Shown here: positions 10,263-20,462 of the stretch, in pieces
How positions within the stretch are numbered: position 1 is the stretch's first letter
Layout: every line of letters starts with the position of its first letter
DNA from: an uncultured delta proteobacterium
GTDB taxonomy: Bacteria > Desulfobacterota > Binatia > UBA9968
DNA length: 64,000 nt
NCBI GenBank assembly: GCA_963816145.1
Contig: CAWFJP010000014.1
Span: forward strand, 160,001 to 224,000
Direction: 5' to 3'
Position numbers and translations under genes: made by a program
The notes under the pieces: model-generated
The model's input: only the letters and a program-made list of their open reading frames with translations
Database searches by the model: none
Told to the model about the DNA's origin: nothing

Positions 10263-11219
10263 ATGCAAAATCGCTTATTAAATTTTTTACTGTTGACCGC
10301 CCTGGTCTTGGCGCTGGCGCTGTCGACGGTGCACGCGCAATCGGCGGGAAGCTGGACCATGAAAGCGCCGATCCCGACCGCGCGCACCGAGGTGGCGCTG
10401 GCGGCGGTGGGCGGGAAAATTCATGTCATTGGCGGCAGTATGCAGAACAAGGCGGTGACCCTTCATGACGAATACGACCCCGCGACGGACAACTGGCGCA
10501 GCCGCGCACCGCTGCCATTCGCTCTCGACCATATCGGAACGGCGGTTTTGAACGGCAAGATCTACACCGTCGGCGGCTTTGTCGCCTCGGTTCACAAGGA
10601 CGGCCAACCCCATGTGCTTGAGTACGATCCCGCCGTGGACAGTTGGCGCGTGCTGAGCCCGCTCAAGGTCGGTCTGGGCTCGGTGGGCGTCACCGGGCTC
10701 GACGGCAAGATTCATGCGGTCGGCGGACGCACTCCTGCGGGCGATACCGTTACCACGCACCAAGTCTACGATCCGGCGGTCAACAGTTGGAGCGAGCGCG
10801 CCCCTTTGCCAAAGGCGCGTGATCACATGGCGCTGGTCGCCGCCGACGGGAAAATTCATGCGATCGGCGGACGCTTCGGCGCGAGCAATGATATGACCGA
10901 TCTGCACGATATCTACGACCCGGCGAGCAACTCTTGGACCTCGGGGCCGCCGCTGCCGACCGCGCGCAGCGGGCTCGCCGCAACCCTCTATGAAGGCATG
11001 GTGCTGGTGTTGGGCGGCGAGCTCGCGCCCAATACCTTCGCTGAGAATGAGGCCTACAATGCGAAAACAAAAACCTGGAGAACTCTCGCCCCCATGCCCG
11101 GAGGCCGCCACGGCACCGCTGCCGCGACGACCGGCGGCCGTGTATACCTCGCCGCCGGATCGTTGAAACCTGGGGCGGGCGGGGTGACGGATCAAATGAT
11201 TGTATTCAGCTTGCCGTGA
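10263..11219 (+). CDS. Secreted Kelch-repeat beta-propeller protein
   Basis: Signal peptide and six GKI(H/Y)xxGG...YDP..xxW repeats. Confidence 0.92.
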   Translation: MQNRLLNFLLLTALVLALALSTVHAQSAGSWTMKAPIPTARTEVALAAVGGKIHVIGGSMQNKAVTLHDEYDPATDNWRSRAPLPFALDHIGTAVLNGKIYTVGGFVASVHKDGQPHVLEYDPAVDSWRVLSPLKVGLGSVGVTGLDGKIHAVGGRTPAGDTVTTHQVYDPAVNSWSERAPLPKARDHMALVAADGKIHAIGGRFGASNDMTDLHDIYDPASNSWTSGPPLPTARSGLAATLYEGMVLVLGGELAPNTFAENEAYNAKTKTWRTLAPMPGGRHGTAAATTGGRVYLAAGSLKPGAGGVTDQMIVFSLP

Positions 11220-11894
11220 TACGTCGGGGCGTGATGTGATGAAAAGGCGGGCGGTGTTAATCGCATGGTTATGAACTCAATTCCTTGAAAATCGTCGATC
11301 GAGCATTTCGCCGACTGACGGGGAAATTACGTTACTAACCAAGAACATTTGCCCTCCTTGCCGCGGATTTGAAAATCTATACAGCCTGAGTGACCCGGTA
11401 TCGAAAAGGCCATTGCGGGTTAGGAAAAATATAGACTGTTTCGCGGTGACGCGCGGCGAGATCGCGGCTCCAGAGAGCGTCTCCGTTTGGAGGTTTATGG
11501 GTGGCGCAATGCCATCTGACCGCGCCTGGGCGAGCAACATTGGCCTGATGATCGTTCATCGGCACGTTTATTTATGAGTGCGGGAGTCAACATCTTCTTC
11601 CTCAAGATTTCTCTCAACGAGCAAACGCTGCCTGCCAGTGCGCAGGAGTCGCTCGTCCCAAGGCGTGATAAAACCGTAGCTAACAAACGCCTTGAAATTG
11701 ATCTTCGGCCCCGCTTGCTCCGCTCGCTGGTCCCGTCCGTTCGGTGTTCGCGCTGCCCGCAGCTTTAGGACTTTTTCGTTATCCCATGCGGCGAGCTTTC
11801 GGCATCGCTCAGGGTCACCGCGTGGGACTATGGTGGGTGGATGTTTAGACGCGCGCGTTACGGCGAGACGTGCGCTGGTGTGATTTCTTGTAAA

Positions 11895-12869
11895 CTATTT
11901 TCTCAGCTCAGCCAGCACTTCTTTTAACAAGCCATAGTCCACCACTTGGGCCGTGAGTATGGTCGCCTTGATCTTATTTTGCTCCCGGACCAGCTCGATA
12001 TCGGCGCGGATCGCGTCGTCGCTGGTGGTGCCGTCCTTGGAGTAGTGCTTAACGATCTCGCGCAAGGACGCCTCGGCGGTTTTACGGTCAAGCTGAAAGT
12101 CCTCGATGATGTATGGAATGATCTTGTCTTGATTCGCCGGGTCGCGCGCGAAGTCCATGCCGCGCAGCGACGCACGGATGGTGCGTTTGACTTGTGCCGG
12201 ATTGGCTTTAATGCGTACGTCGGAAGTGCCCAGGCCCGACAGCGCCGTGCGCAGAAAATCGGCGGCATTGCCGAGGCTACGGTAGCCCAATTCCTCGGCT
12301 TTCAGGTTAAACGGAATCGACAACATCGCTGCCGCTGCCGAACCGGCTTGCAGCGCCGCAAGCGCGTTGGCGGTATTGCCGGCGCTCAAGAAAACCAAAT
12401 CTTGATCAGGGTTCATGCCGGCGGCCTTAGCCATAGCGCGGGCGCTGAGGGCGTCGGTCGCGGCAAGTGCGGTGACGGCGACCGCCTTGCCTTTGAGATC
12501 CTGGATGCGTCGGGTCTCGGCTTTGACCATCATGAAGAAGATCGGTTTGTCGAGGGCGAACATCACCGCCTTGACCGGCAGACCGCTGGCCGCGCCTCGC
12601 AACACCGTGCCAACCGCGGCGATATATTCCATCTCGCCGGTGACGACCGCGGTGAGTTGCACGTCGGCCTTGCCGACAGGAAAAGTCGCTTCGAGGCCTT
12701 CATTTTTGAACAGGCCGAATCTGTCGGCGAGGTAGTAATTTAGAAACGTCAGGCTTTTGGATGGCATGGCGATGCGAATCGGTTCGCCGAAAGCGCCGCC
12801 GATGGCGAAGCCGATTATTCCCAGGACAATCATTGAGCGTAGAATTGTCATCCGAGACACGGCGATCAA
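11895..12869 (-). CDS. ABC-type substrate-binding protein, NMT1/SsuA family
   Basis: Signal peptide, FKNEGLE and DLKGKAVAV. Exact start uncertain. Confidence 0.85.
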   Translation of the reverse strand: MIAVSRMTILRSMIVLGIIGFAIGGAFGEPIRIAMPSKSLTFLNYYLADRFGLFKNEGLEATFPVGKADVQLTAVVTGEMEYIAAVGTVLRGAASGLPVKAVMFALDKPIFFMMVKAETRRIQDLKGKAVAVTALAATDALSARAMAKAAGMNPDQDLVFLSAGNTANALAALQAGSAAAAMLSIPFNLKAEELGYRSLGNAADFLRTALSGLGTSDVRIKANPAQVKRTIRASLRGMDFARDPANQDKIIPYIIEDFQLDRKTAEASLREIVKHYSKDGTTSDDAIRADIELVREQNKIKATILTAQVVDYGLLKEVLAELRK

Positions 12870-12947
12870 TCTTGCTTAATTTTTGATGACAACCAGGGCA
12901 CGGTGATGGGCGGTTCTCAAACGGATCTGTACGGCTCTGCGCCGGGC

Positions 12948-14540
12948 TTAGCTATTGATCGCCAACCCAGGGTATTCTGTTGCGGCTTTTGGCTGCGTGG
13001 CAATCTTGCTGCGCTCTAGGTAGGAGGCTAAGACCGTGCGCATGAATTCAAGCTCGTTGCCGAAAAGCGCTTTGATTCTGTCGATCAAGAAATTATCGAT
13101 AAAAAACAGTCTGGCAGGATCAATATGAAAGTCGGCCTTCAATGTTTTGCCGAGCTGCTGCTGTCTCATGGCATGAGCGCGGATGGCGACATCCAAGGTG
13201 ATCGCCTGTTGCCGATCGGCCGCCGAGGTCAATCTCTCGGCGATCTTGCGTAAGCGGACGCGGGTTTCTATGGCGTCAGCCAGGCGATGCACTTCTATCG
13301 GTATTAACGGCATGAGTTGTTTTTGGATCGATATCGCTTTAGCGATTCCTTTAGCTAGGTCATCAGCGCGCATGCCGTAACGTGTCGCGCAGATACGCGA
13401 CAGCGAACCGTCCTCGTGAGCTGTGCGGACTTTGGCAATGACACGATCGTTGAGCTCGGGTTGGTTGGGAATGGCCATCGCATGAAACGGGTAGAGCGTC
13501 TTGATCGCCTCGTTTTCACCGATCAAGCCGCGAATCAACAGCCCTGAGTGGACGAGGTGTCCTTGGCATAACTCTTTCATCTCCGTATCGTCATCGGCGA
13601 AGACCACCGTCAGATGGGACAACGTTCTGTCCAATGCGGTGACGGCGCGCGATAGCTTGTCGAGGGTCAAGAACCGGGGTGCGGTCTCGCCGAAATCGTT
13701 GAAACTTTTAGATCGGTCGAAACTCAAGCAGCTAACCTTGTTAATTCCCTCGTGAATCTCACCGACTTCAGCGAAGAAACGCGATTGCGCTTCACAGCCG
13801 ACCAGTTCGTCGAGCCGAGCGTGCCAATCGATGCGGCACGTTTGATCGTCGCATGGGGTTCCCGCACGGATATGCTCCACTGCCCGACGGAGACCGCACT
13901 CTAAAACGTCCCGGTCCTGTGAGCTATCTTTGTCAGCGCAGGGCGGCGCTTGATCCACGACATTGTCGTGCCACAGGTGCAGTGCAAATACTGGATCGAC
14001 GAACAGCGCGAGCCAAAGCATGGTTTCGGTTGCGTAAGCGCCATTGTGAATATAACGATTCATCTTTTGCTTGAACCCGGGTGAAATGTCGCTGTCTTTT
14101 CTCAGGGCGGCGTGGAGCGCGTTCACCAGCGGCGCTAAGTCGCTGGCCGTCAACGGCGCTGTCTCTCGAAGTTTTGCTAAGATCGGATAGAGCGGCGGCC
14201 GGATCAGTCGCTGCGCCGATAAGAATGAGACAAAGATCTGTGCTCGTTTGCGCGCATCGCCCGCCATGGCATCGACGTAGCCGCGCAGGGTGGCGATCTC
14301 TTCGCGCTTTGCGTCACTCGGCTTTTCGCTTCTATCGTGGCTATGACGTAGCAAATGCGCGTCGATGATGCTTTTGGCGCTGCCGAGTCGCACCAGCACT
14401 TTCAAGCCAGCATAGAGTTGGCGGGAGTAAGTCGATACCACCGCAGGCTGGATGGTCTCCGGTAACAGCACCCAGACCGGTTGATCGGTATCGACGGATT
14501 CCGTCGAGGTTTTGCCAATGGTGACAAATGTTTTGGCCAC
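12948..14540 (-). CDS. Hypothetical protein (530 aa, mostly helical, no recognised family)
   Basis: Long ORF with GTG start preceded by GAAGGAG; fills the gap between recognised genes. Confidence 0.7.
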   Translation of the reverse strand: MAKTFVTIGKTSTESVDTDQPVWVLLPETIQPAVVSTYSRQLYAGLKVLVRLGSAKSIIDAHLLRHSHDRSEKPSDAKREEIATLRGYVDAMAGDARKRAQIFVSFLSAQRLIRPPLYPILAKLRETAPLTASDLAPLVNALHAALRKDSDISPGFKQKMNRYIHNGAYATETMLWLALFVDPVFALHLWHDNVVDQAPPCADKDSSQDRDVLECGLRRAVEHIRAGTPCDDQTCRIDWHARLDELVGCEAQSRFFAEVGEIHEGINKVSCLSFDRSKSFNDFGETAPRFLTLDKLSRAVTALDRTLSHLTVVFADDDTEMKELCQGHLVHSGLLIRGLIGENEAIKTLYPFHAMAIPNQPELNDRVIAKVRTAHEDGSLSRICATRYGMRADDLAKGIAKAISIQKQLMPLIPIEVHRLADAIETRVRLRKIAERLTSAADRQQAITLDVAIRAHAMRQQQLGKTLKADFHIDPARLFFIDNFLIDRIKALFGNELEFMRTVLASYLERSKIATQPKAATEYPGLAINS

Positions 14541-14765
14541 GGCCGAACTCCTTCGGCATCGCGAGCTGCAAGCGGTATCTTATGCGGCAGTGAAGCAAGC
14601 TCAAACGTACGAAAGCTGTAGCTGCGGTGCGATGAACTGGTATCGACCATAGCCCTAGCGAGTTGGAATCTCAAGACTTGCTCGCGGCGCTTTTGCGGCG
14701 CGGCGGTTGAGATGGTAATTCTTTGCGCCGGCATCGTGCCCGGCTGTGATTCCAGCGCGTTGCCG

Positions 14766-15896
14766 TCAGCGATCGTACTCGAGTATCTCCAGACCATCGA
14801 GCCGGTCGATCAAATAGAGCAAGCCGTTGGCGCCGCGGTAGACGTCGTTGCTCTTCACGGTCTTTTGTCCGCGCCCTGGATTGGGCACGTAGTAGCCGAT
14901 CTCCTGCAGGCTGTAGGGATTGCTAATATCGACGACGCGCAGACCGCCGCTGAACCAGGTGACGAACATCTTGTTGTCGTAAACTTGTTCGGCCGGTTGA
15001 TGCGCGCCATATTGATTGCCCGGCGCGACGCTGAAGGCGCCGTCCGGATTGAACGTCGAAACCGACACCGGGTGTTTTTCGTCGGTGATGTCGACCATCC
15101 ACATGAACGCCGGCGGCGCCGGCGCGCGTTTGCCGGCTTCCTCATCGACCACCACCATCATATCGCGGCCCATGAGCTTCCAGGGAATCGGCAGCGTCGT
15201 GTGAATTGGCGAAGGGTAGGGCGGTGACCAGTTGAGGCCGCTGATAAATTGCGGCTTGCTCATGTCCGAAATATCGAGGATGACGAAACCGCCGTGCCAA
15301 TAACTCACGTAGAGCCGGTCGCCGTAACGGATCGGATGATGGCATTGATGCGCCGTGCCATCCCAGTTGGGCTTCTCGCCGCCGCCGGTCCATTGACCCG
15401 GCATCCACCAGCGGCCGACTTCCTGCGGCTGCACCGGATCTTTCAGATCCAAAATGATCGGGATGCGTCCGATATACCCTTCGACATGCACCGACAGGTA
15501 GGCGTAGCGGCCATCGAAGGTGAAGCGATGCACGCCGCCGTTGGTTTCGTAAAAGGCGATCTCTCGCGGTTTCTCGCGATTGGCAATGTCGTAGATTTTT
15601 AGTCCCGTCGGTAGTCTTTCCTTTGGCCGGTATCTTTCCAGGTTGACTAACATGATGTCACCGCTGACCCGGACTTTATGCGAATGCACGCCTTGGGGAA
15701 TCTCGATCTGCGCGATGACCTTCGGATGTTTGGGATCTTTGACATCGAGGATGGTCGTGCCGTGGGGCGGGTCCATATGGCCGACATAGGCGTAACCATT
15801 CTCGACCACAACCTGCCCGCCGCCGGCCAGGTCGGTACGGCCGACGAGTTTTACATTCTTGCTGACGCCGAATTGGGGAAGATTGCCTTCGCTCAT
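14766..15896 (-). CDS. LVIVD-repeat beta-propeller protein
   Basis: Repeats ILDVKDP, IYDIAN, ILDLKDP, ILDISD and VVDISNP. ATG 15896 follows AAGGAG. Confidence 0.85.
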   Translation of the reverse strand: MSEGNLPQFGVSKNVKLVGRTDLAGGGQVVVENGYAYVGHMDPPHGTTILDVKDPKHPKVIAQIEIPQGVHSHKVRVSGDIMLVNLERYRPKERLPTGLKIYDIANREKPREIAFYETNGGVHRFTFDGRYAYLSVHVEGYIGRIPIILDLKDPVQPQEVGRWWMPGQWTGGGEKPNWDGTAHQCHHPIRYGDRLYVSYWHGGFVILDISDMSKPQFISGLNWSPPYPSPIHTTLPIPWKLMGRDMMVVVDEEAGKRAPAPPAFMWMVDITDEKHPVSVSTFNPDGAFSVAPGNQYGAHQPAEQVYDNKMFVTWFSGGLRVVDISNPYSLQEIGYYVPNPGRGQKTVKSNDVYRGANGLLYLIDRLDGLEILEYDR

Positions 15897-16206
15897 AGTT
15901 ATACTCCTTGGGTGAGAATAGAGATCTTCTACCAATCTCAACCTGAAGCGGTCAAATGAAAGTTTTCTCTCAAATCAAGCGTAAATTCTCTTAACAGTTT
16001 TTACCGTCCAACATTTTAATCGAGACGATCCGAGGATGGACGGCAATGCCCGGTTCGAAACGTGCTTTTCCTGTGCAGGCAAGTCTGATCGCTTCCTTTG
16101 GGAGCTTTAAAGCAGCTGAATCCCGATCTGAGCCAGAACGACGCGGCATGGCTCTGGCAAATGGTCGCGGTGGAAAACCCATTAATTCAGATGGCCTGGT
16201 GAAGTT

Positions 16207-16518
16207 GTGCAGACTCCCATCGTCAAATTGCTCTTGGCAAACTTATTATTGCAGATCCTGGACGGGGTGGCCTCATACCATATTCTTTCTGCCGGCGTGC
16301 CCGAAGTAAATCCGCTGATGTCTGATTACATAGAGAACTGGGGACTGATGGGCGGCTTGCTGTATGGCAAACTCGTCGGTTGTGCTCTCGTCTGGTTCAT
16401 ATTCTTGCTGCGAAAACGCGTCGGGCCGGTCGTCGTCAAAGGATTGATGCTTGTCGCCTGTTTGTACTCAATTCTCGGTATCTTGTTGATGGCCAAAATA
16501 GTGTCGCTCTACGTTTGA
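16207..16518 (+). CDS. Small membrane protein (DUF5658-like)
   Basis: LQILDG..SY...EVNPLM...K motif with three hydrophobic helices. Confidence 0.7.
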   Translation: MQTPIVKLLLANLLLQILDGVASYHILSAGVPEVNPLMSDYIENWGLMGGLLYGKLVGCALVWFIFLLRKRVGPVVVKGLMLVACLYSILGILLMAKIVSLYV

Positions 16519-16578
16519 GCCGCAGGATCAGCAGGCAGTATCGTGCCGACGGTAATCGCTGTCAGCTTGGCATCTCCT

Positions 16579-18084
16579 CTACAACTCCGCCAGCTTGGTG
16601 CGGTCGATCTTGCCGAGCCCCGTGCGCGGTAAACTCGTGCAGAACTCCACGACTTTGGGCGCTTTGTAGGGCGCCAGGTTGTTTTTGCAGTATTCAATCA
16701 ATGCTTCGCCGCTGGTGCTGGCGCCGCCGCTCAACACCACGAAGGCTTTCACCGCTTCGCCCCATTCTTGGCTCTTGAATCCAACCACGGCAGCATCGGC
16801 GACGTCCGGATGTTTGCGTAGCGATTCCTCGATCTCTTCGGGAAATACGCTGATGCCGCCGCTCTTCACCATGTTTTTCTTGCGCCCGGAGATGTGCAGG
16901 TAGCCTTCTTGGTCGAGAAATCCAATGTCGCCGGTGTGACACCAGCCGTCGGCAAGAAACTCTTCGGTCACGTTTGGATTGCGATAGTAGCCTTGAATGG
17001 CCAGGGGCGTGCGCACGCAAATTTCTCCAGGCACGCCGCGCGGCATTTCAAGGCCGTCATCATCGGCGATGGCCACGAGCACGCACCAGATCGGTTTGCC
17101 GACGGTGTCACCGTGCGTCTCCCAGTCGTCGGCGTCGATGGTGGTGATCTGGCCGCAGTCGGTGGAGGCGTAGGCTTCGAAGATGCCCGGGCTCAAGCGG
17201 CGCCGCGCTTCGCGCGCGAGTTCGCGGGGGAGGTGGCCGCCGGTGATGCCGAGGAAGCGCAGTGAAGTTATTCGATAGTTGTTCATGTGCTCTGAGCGCA
17301 ACAATCGCTCGCACAAGGTCGGCACCAGCATGGTGTAGGTGATCCGCTCACGCTCGATGGTTTGCAGGAAGCGCTCGGCGTCGAACTTTTCCTGAATGAT
17401 GATCGTGCCCCCAAGATACAGGATCGCCAGCACAGAGCCGCGGCCGGCGTTGAAGTGCACCGGCAGCACCATCAAAGCTCGTTCGTTGTGGTTCATGCCT
17501 TTGCTGATGCTGTAGTTCATGCAGCGCAGCGCATAGGTCTGGTGATCGATGCTGCACGCTTTGGGAAATCCCGTAGTGCCGGAGGTGATCATGAGTAGGA
17601 ACGGATCATCGCTTACTACGGTCGCTTCCGGTTCATCGGGCTCGCTTCGCTCGATCGCGCTTTCGATGCCACTGCCGTTTGCGCAAATGGGGTTGCCAAC
17701 GACGACCAATTTCCCAGGGTCCATGCGCTTGTCGGCTAGCGCGTGCAAGGCAGCGGTCTCTTTGCGTGCTTCGACAAAAAACGCTTTGGGTGCAAAGAAG
17801 CTGAGCATAGCCTCGCATTCCTGGGCGCTCCAATTGAAGTCGAAGGGAACGGCGATGGCGCCGATCTTGGCGATGGCGAAGAGCGCTTCGAAGTGCTCGG
17901 CCCGGCTGCCGATCGAAAGGGCGATCAAATCGCCTTGGGCGAGACCTTGTTTGAGCAGATAATTAGCCAGGCGATTAGTCCGCTCGTGCAATTCGGCATA
18001 GGTAACCGATCGGCTGGCGTCGACTATGGCGCGCTTGTCGGGAAAGTGTTGCGCGTTGCGGATTAGGGATTCGCCGATGTTCAT
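16579..18084 (-). CDS. AMP-binding acyl-CoA synthetase
   Basis: TSGTTGFPK, YASTD, HTGDIG and GKIDR motifs. Confidence 0.93.
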   Translation of the reverse strand: MNIGESLIRNAQHFPDKRAIVDASRSVTYAELHERTNRLANYLLKQGLAQGDLIALSIGSRAEHFEALFAIAKIGAIAVPFDFNWSAQECEAMLSFFAPKAFFVEARKETAALHALADKRMDPGKLVVVGNPICANGSGIESAIERSEPDEPEATVVSDDPFLLMITSGTTGFPKACSIDHQTYALRCMNYSISKGMNHNERALMVLPVHFNAGRGSVLAILYLGGTIIIQEKFDAERFLQTIERERITYTMLVPTLCERLLRSEHMNNYRITSLRFLGITGGHLPRELAREARRRLSPGIFEAYASTDCGQITTIDADDWETHGDTVGKPIWCVLVAIADDDGLEMPRGVPGEICVRTPLAIQGYYRNPNVTEEFLADGWCHTGDIGFLDQEGYLHISGRKKNMVKSGGISVFPEEIEESLRKHPDVADAAVVGFKSQEWGEAVKAFVVLSGGASTSGEALIEYCKNNLAPYKAPKVVEFCTSLPRTGLGKIDRTKLAEL

Positions 18085-18092
18085 AATTTGAC

Positions 18093-18158
18093 CGTAAGGG
18101 GTGAAGGGTTAGGGGTTAGGGGTGGGGACGCCTTTCGCCTCACCCTTTACGCTTTACG
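18093..18158. repeat. 7-mer-period inverted repeat (G(T)AAGGG/TTAGGG arm versus CCTCAC/CTTTAC arm); related copy at 20391-20457
   Basis: Short tandem units followed by their reverse complement, located between genes. Confidence 0.7.
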
Positions 18159-18163
18159 TCGTG

Positions 18164-19159
18164 TCACTTCTTCCAGACCGCGTCGATGAAACCGCTCTTG
18201 TCGAGCTCTTGAATGAAACTGGAGTCGACCACGGCGTTGGGGTCGAAGGTTTTGGCGCGCGGGTCGCGCAGTTCTAAAGTCTTAAGCATGAACTCGATGC
18301 CTTTCATGTTGACGTAGGGGACGCGGTCTTGGAATTTGGTGACGATCTCGTAGGTCGGCCGGAGCACTTCGGGGTCGCGGTTCTGGGCGAAGTCGGCGGT
18401 GACTTTCAAGACGAAGTCGCGGTTGTCTTTGTAGTAGCGGAGTCCTTCGACGAATGTTTTCATGACCCGCATGACGGTGTCGCGATGGGTTTTAATGTAG
18501 CTCTTGGTGCTGGCGAAACAGCTGCCGGGATTGTAGAGACCGAGGGTGCTCATATCGATGAGCTCGTGCAGACCGAGTCTTTCGGCCGCAATGTCCTGTG
18601 GTGGAATGAATGTCGATGCGTGGATAACGCCTTTGCTCAAGGCGGCCAGGCGCGTCGGCGCGCCGCCGACGGCAACCATGGCGAAGTCGCGGTCAGGATT
18701 GAGGCCACGTTCCTTCAAGATGTACCGGATGACGCTGTCTTCCTGTGAGCCGATGGTGGTGACGCCGATCTTTTTGCCCTTAAGATCACCAATGGTTTTG
18801 ACATCCGGTGTCGAGAAGACGCGCCAGTAGAGCGTATTGATGCCGCAAGCGAGATAGACCGTATCGGCCCCGCCGACAGCAGAGGCGACGATGGCCGCGC
18901 CGCCGATGAAGCTCAGCGGCACCTGGCCGGAGACCATGGCCGTGGTGAGTATCGGGCTGCCTTGGATGTAGACCAGGTCGACGTCGAGACCGTTCTTTCT
19001 GAATAGCCCGGACTTGCGCATAACCTCGATGATGCCCAAGGAGGCTACCGGCGCGGGATAGCCGATGACGAGCTTTTCCAGTTTTGGCGCGTCGGCTGGC
19101 CATCCGATCCTTGGAAAAATAACTGCAAGTATCAGCGCAACCCTAGCAACGACTCTCAA
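18164..19159 (-). CDS. ABC-type substrate-binding protein, NMT1/SsuA family
   Basis: Signal peptide, FRKNGLDVDL and DLKGKKIGV. Confidence 0.88.
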   Translation of the reverse strand: MRVVARVALILAVIFPRIGWPADAPKLEKLVIGYPAPVASLGIIEVMRKSGLFRKNGLDVDLVYIQGSPILTTAMVSGQVPLSFIGGAAIVASAVGGADTVYLACGINTLYWRVFSTPDVKTIGDLKGKKIGVTTIGSQEDSVIRYILKERGLNPDRDFAMVAVGGAPTRLAALSKGVIHASTFIPPQDIAAERLGLHELIDMSTLGLYNPGSCFASTKSYIKTHRDTVMRVMKTFVEGLRYYKDNRDFVLKVTADFAQNRDPEVLRPTYEIVTKFQDRVPYVNMKGIEFMLKTLELRDPRAKTFDPNAVVDSSFIQELDKSGFIDAVWKK

Positions 19160-19396
19160 ATCATACCTCCGTCGCGCAATTGTTTCGTTTGACGAAATTA
19201 CCCATTGTCGGATGCCGATGTCAAATCATGCGCTGGTTTTTCAAATTGACAGGTTCCAGCTCGGATGTTAGCTAGGGCTAAGCGCGGGAGCCGCGGCGTT
19301 TAAAACATTCAAGCCGTTCAAAATGTTCATATCGTTTCGAACCTCGGATGTTCGGCAAGTCGGCGGCAATCGCATATCTCAGTGGATGGAGCTTAA

Positions 19397-20380
19397 ATGA
19401 AATTACTTCGAATCGCTTCTGCTGTGCTCGCATGGTTCCTCATTGCGAAATCAACGCTTTGGAGCGCAGATGTCGTGCGCGTTGGTTATCCTTCGCTCGC
19501 CACCGGGTTTGCCGCCTCATGGGTGACGGCGGACAAGGGCATCTGGAAAAATCACGGGCTCGACGTCGAGTTGATTTTCCTGCGCGGTGGTTCGCGCACG
19601 GTTTCCGCTCTGATCGGTGGCAGCGTTGATTTCATTCTCGGCTCGGACCTGGGAATCACGACGGCGATTATCCAGGGGGCGAGTTTGACGCGGGTCGGCG
19701 TGACCACCAATACCTTGGGTTATTCCATGGTCGTTCAACCCGGCATCAAAACCGTTCGCGATCTCAAGGGTAAGATCATCGGTATCACCCCTGGTCGCGA
19801 CGCCGCATATGCGCGAGTGGTCAAACTGCTGCGCGACAACGGCATGGACGCGGCCAAAGACGTGACGTTTCTTTCGGTGGGCGATGGCGGCCCGGCGGCG
19901 CGAGTGGCGGCGCTGTCGAGCGGCGTGATTCACGCGACCATGTTTACGCCGCCGTCGGATAAGATCTCCGAAAAGTCGGGCATGAGCATTCTCTCGCGGC
20001 TCGATGTCGCCAACGTTGGCGGCGGTATCAACACGACGCCTGGATTTATCCAGAAGAACCGGCCCCAGGCGCTGCGCTTTCTGCGCGGTTACATGGAAGG
20101 CATTCACTATTTGAAGGCGAACAAGGACGAAAGTCTGAAAATCTTTTCCAAGTACGTGCGCAACCCCGACCTCGGCATCATGGCCTATCTCTACGAAGAA
20201 ATTTCCACCCGCGCGGAAAAAGATTTGCGGCCGCAGTCGGACGCCATGCGCGCCATGCTCGATCTCGCCGCCCTGGACTTTCCGCAGGTGAAAAAATTGA
20301 GCGAGAAAGACAACTGGGATCTGAGCTTGATCGACGAGATTCAACGCTCGGGGTTCTTGGAGCAACTGTATCGGAAGTAG
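19397..20380 (+). CDS. ABC-type substrate-binding protein, NMT1/SsuA family
   Basis: Signal peptide, WKNHGLDVEL and DLKGKIIG. Close paralog of 20463-21440. Confidence 0.88.
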   Translation: MKLLRIASAVLAWFLIAKSTLWSADVVRVGYPSLATGFAASWVTADKGIWKNHGLDVELIFLRGGSRTVSALIGGSVDFILGSDLGITTAIIQGASLTRVGVTTNTLGYSMVVQPGIKTVRDLKGKIIGITPGRDAAYARVVKLLRDNGMDAAKDVTFLSVGDGGPAARVAALSSGVIHATMFTPPSDKISEKSGMSILSRLDVANVGGGINTTPGFIQKNRPQALRFLRGYMEGIHYLKANKDESLKIFSKYVRNPDLGIMAYLYEEISTRAEKDLRPQSDAMRAMLDLAALDFPQVKKLSEKDNWDLSLIDEIQRSGFLEQLYRK

Positions 20381-20462
20381 AGCCGTTGGGTATGAGGAGT
20401 AAGGGGTTAGGCGTTTCGGATGAGTGGGCGCCTTACGCCTCACCTTTTACCCCTGACTATGA

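Noticed and set aside
11220-11890. Short ORFs or an ncRNA in the 670-bp intergenic gap
   Set aside because: No convincing RBS, protein motif or RNA structure recognised by eye.
18093-18125. TTAGGG-like telomeric or G-quadruplex repeat
   Set aside because: Only a few degenerate 7-mer units with a complementary arm; better explained as the intergenic repeat family also seen at 20391.
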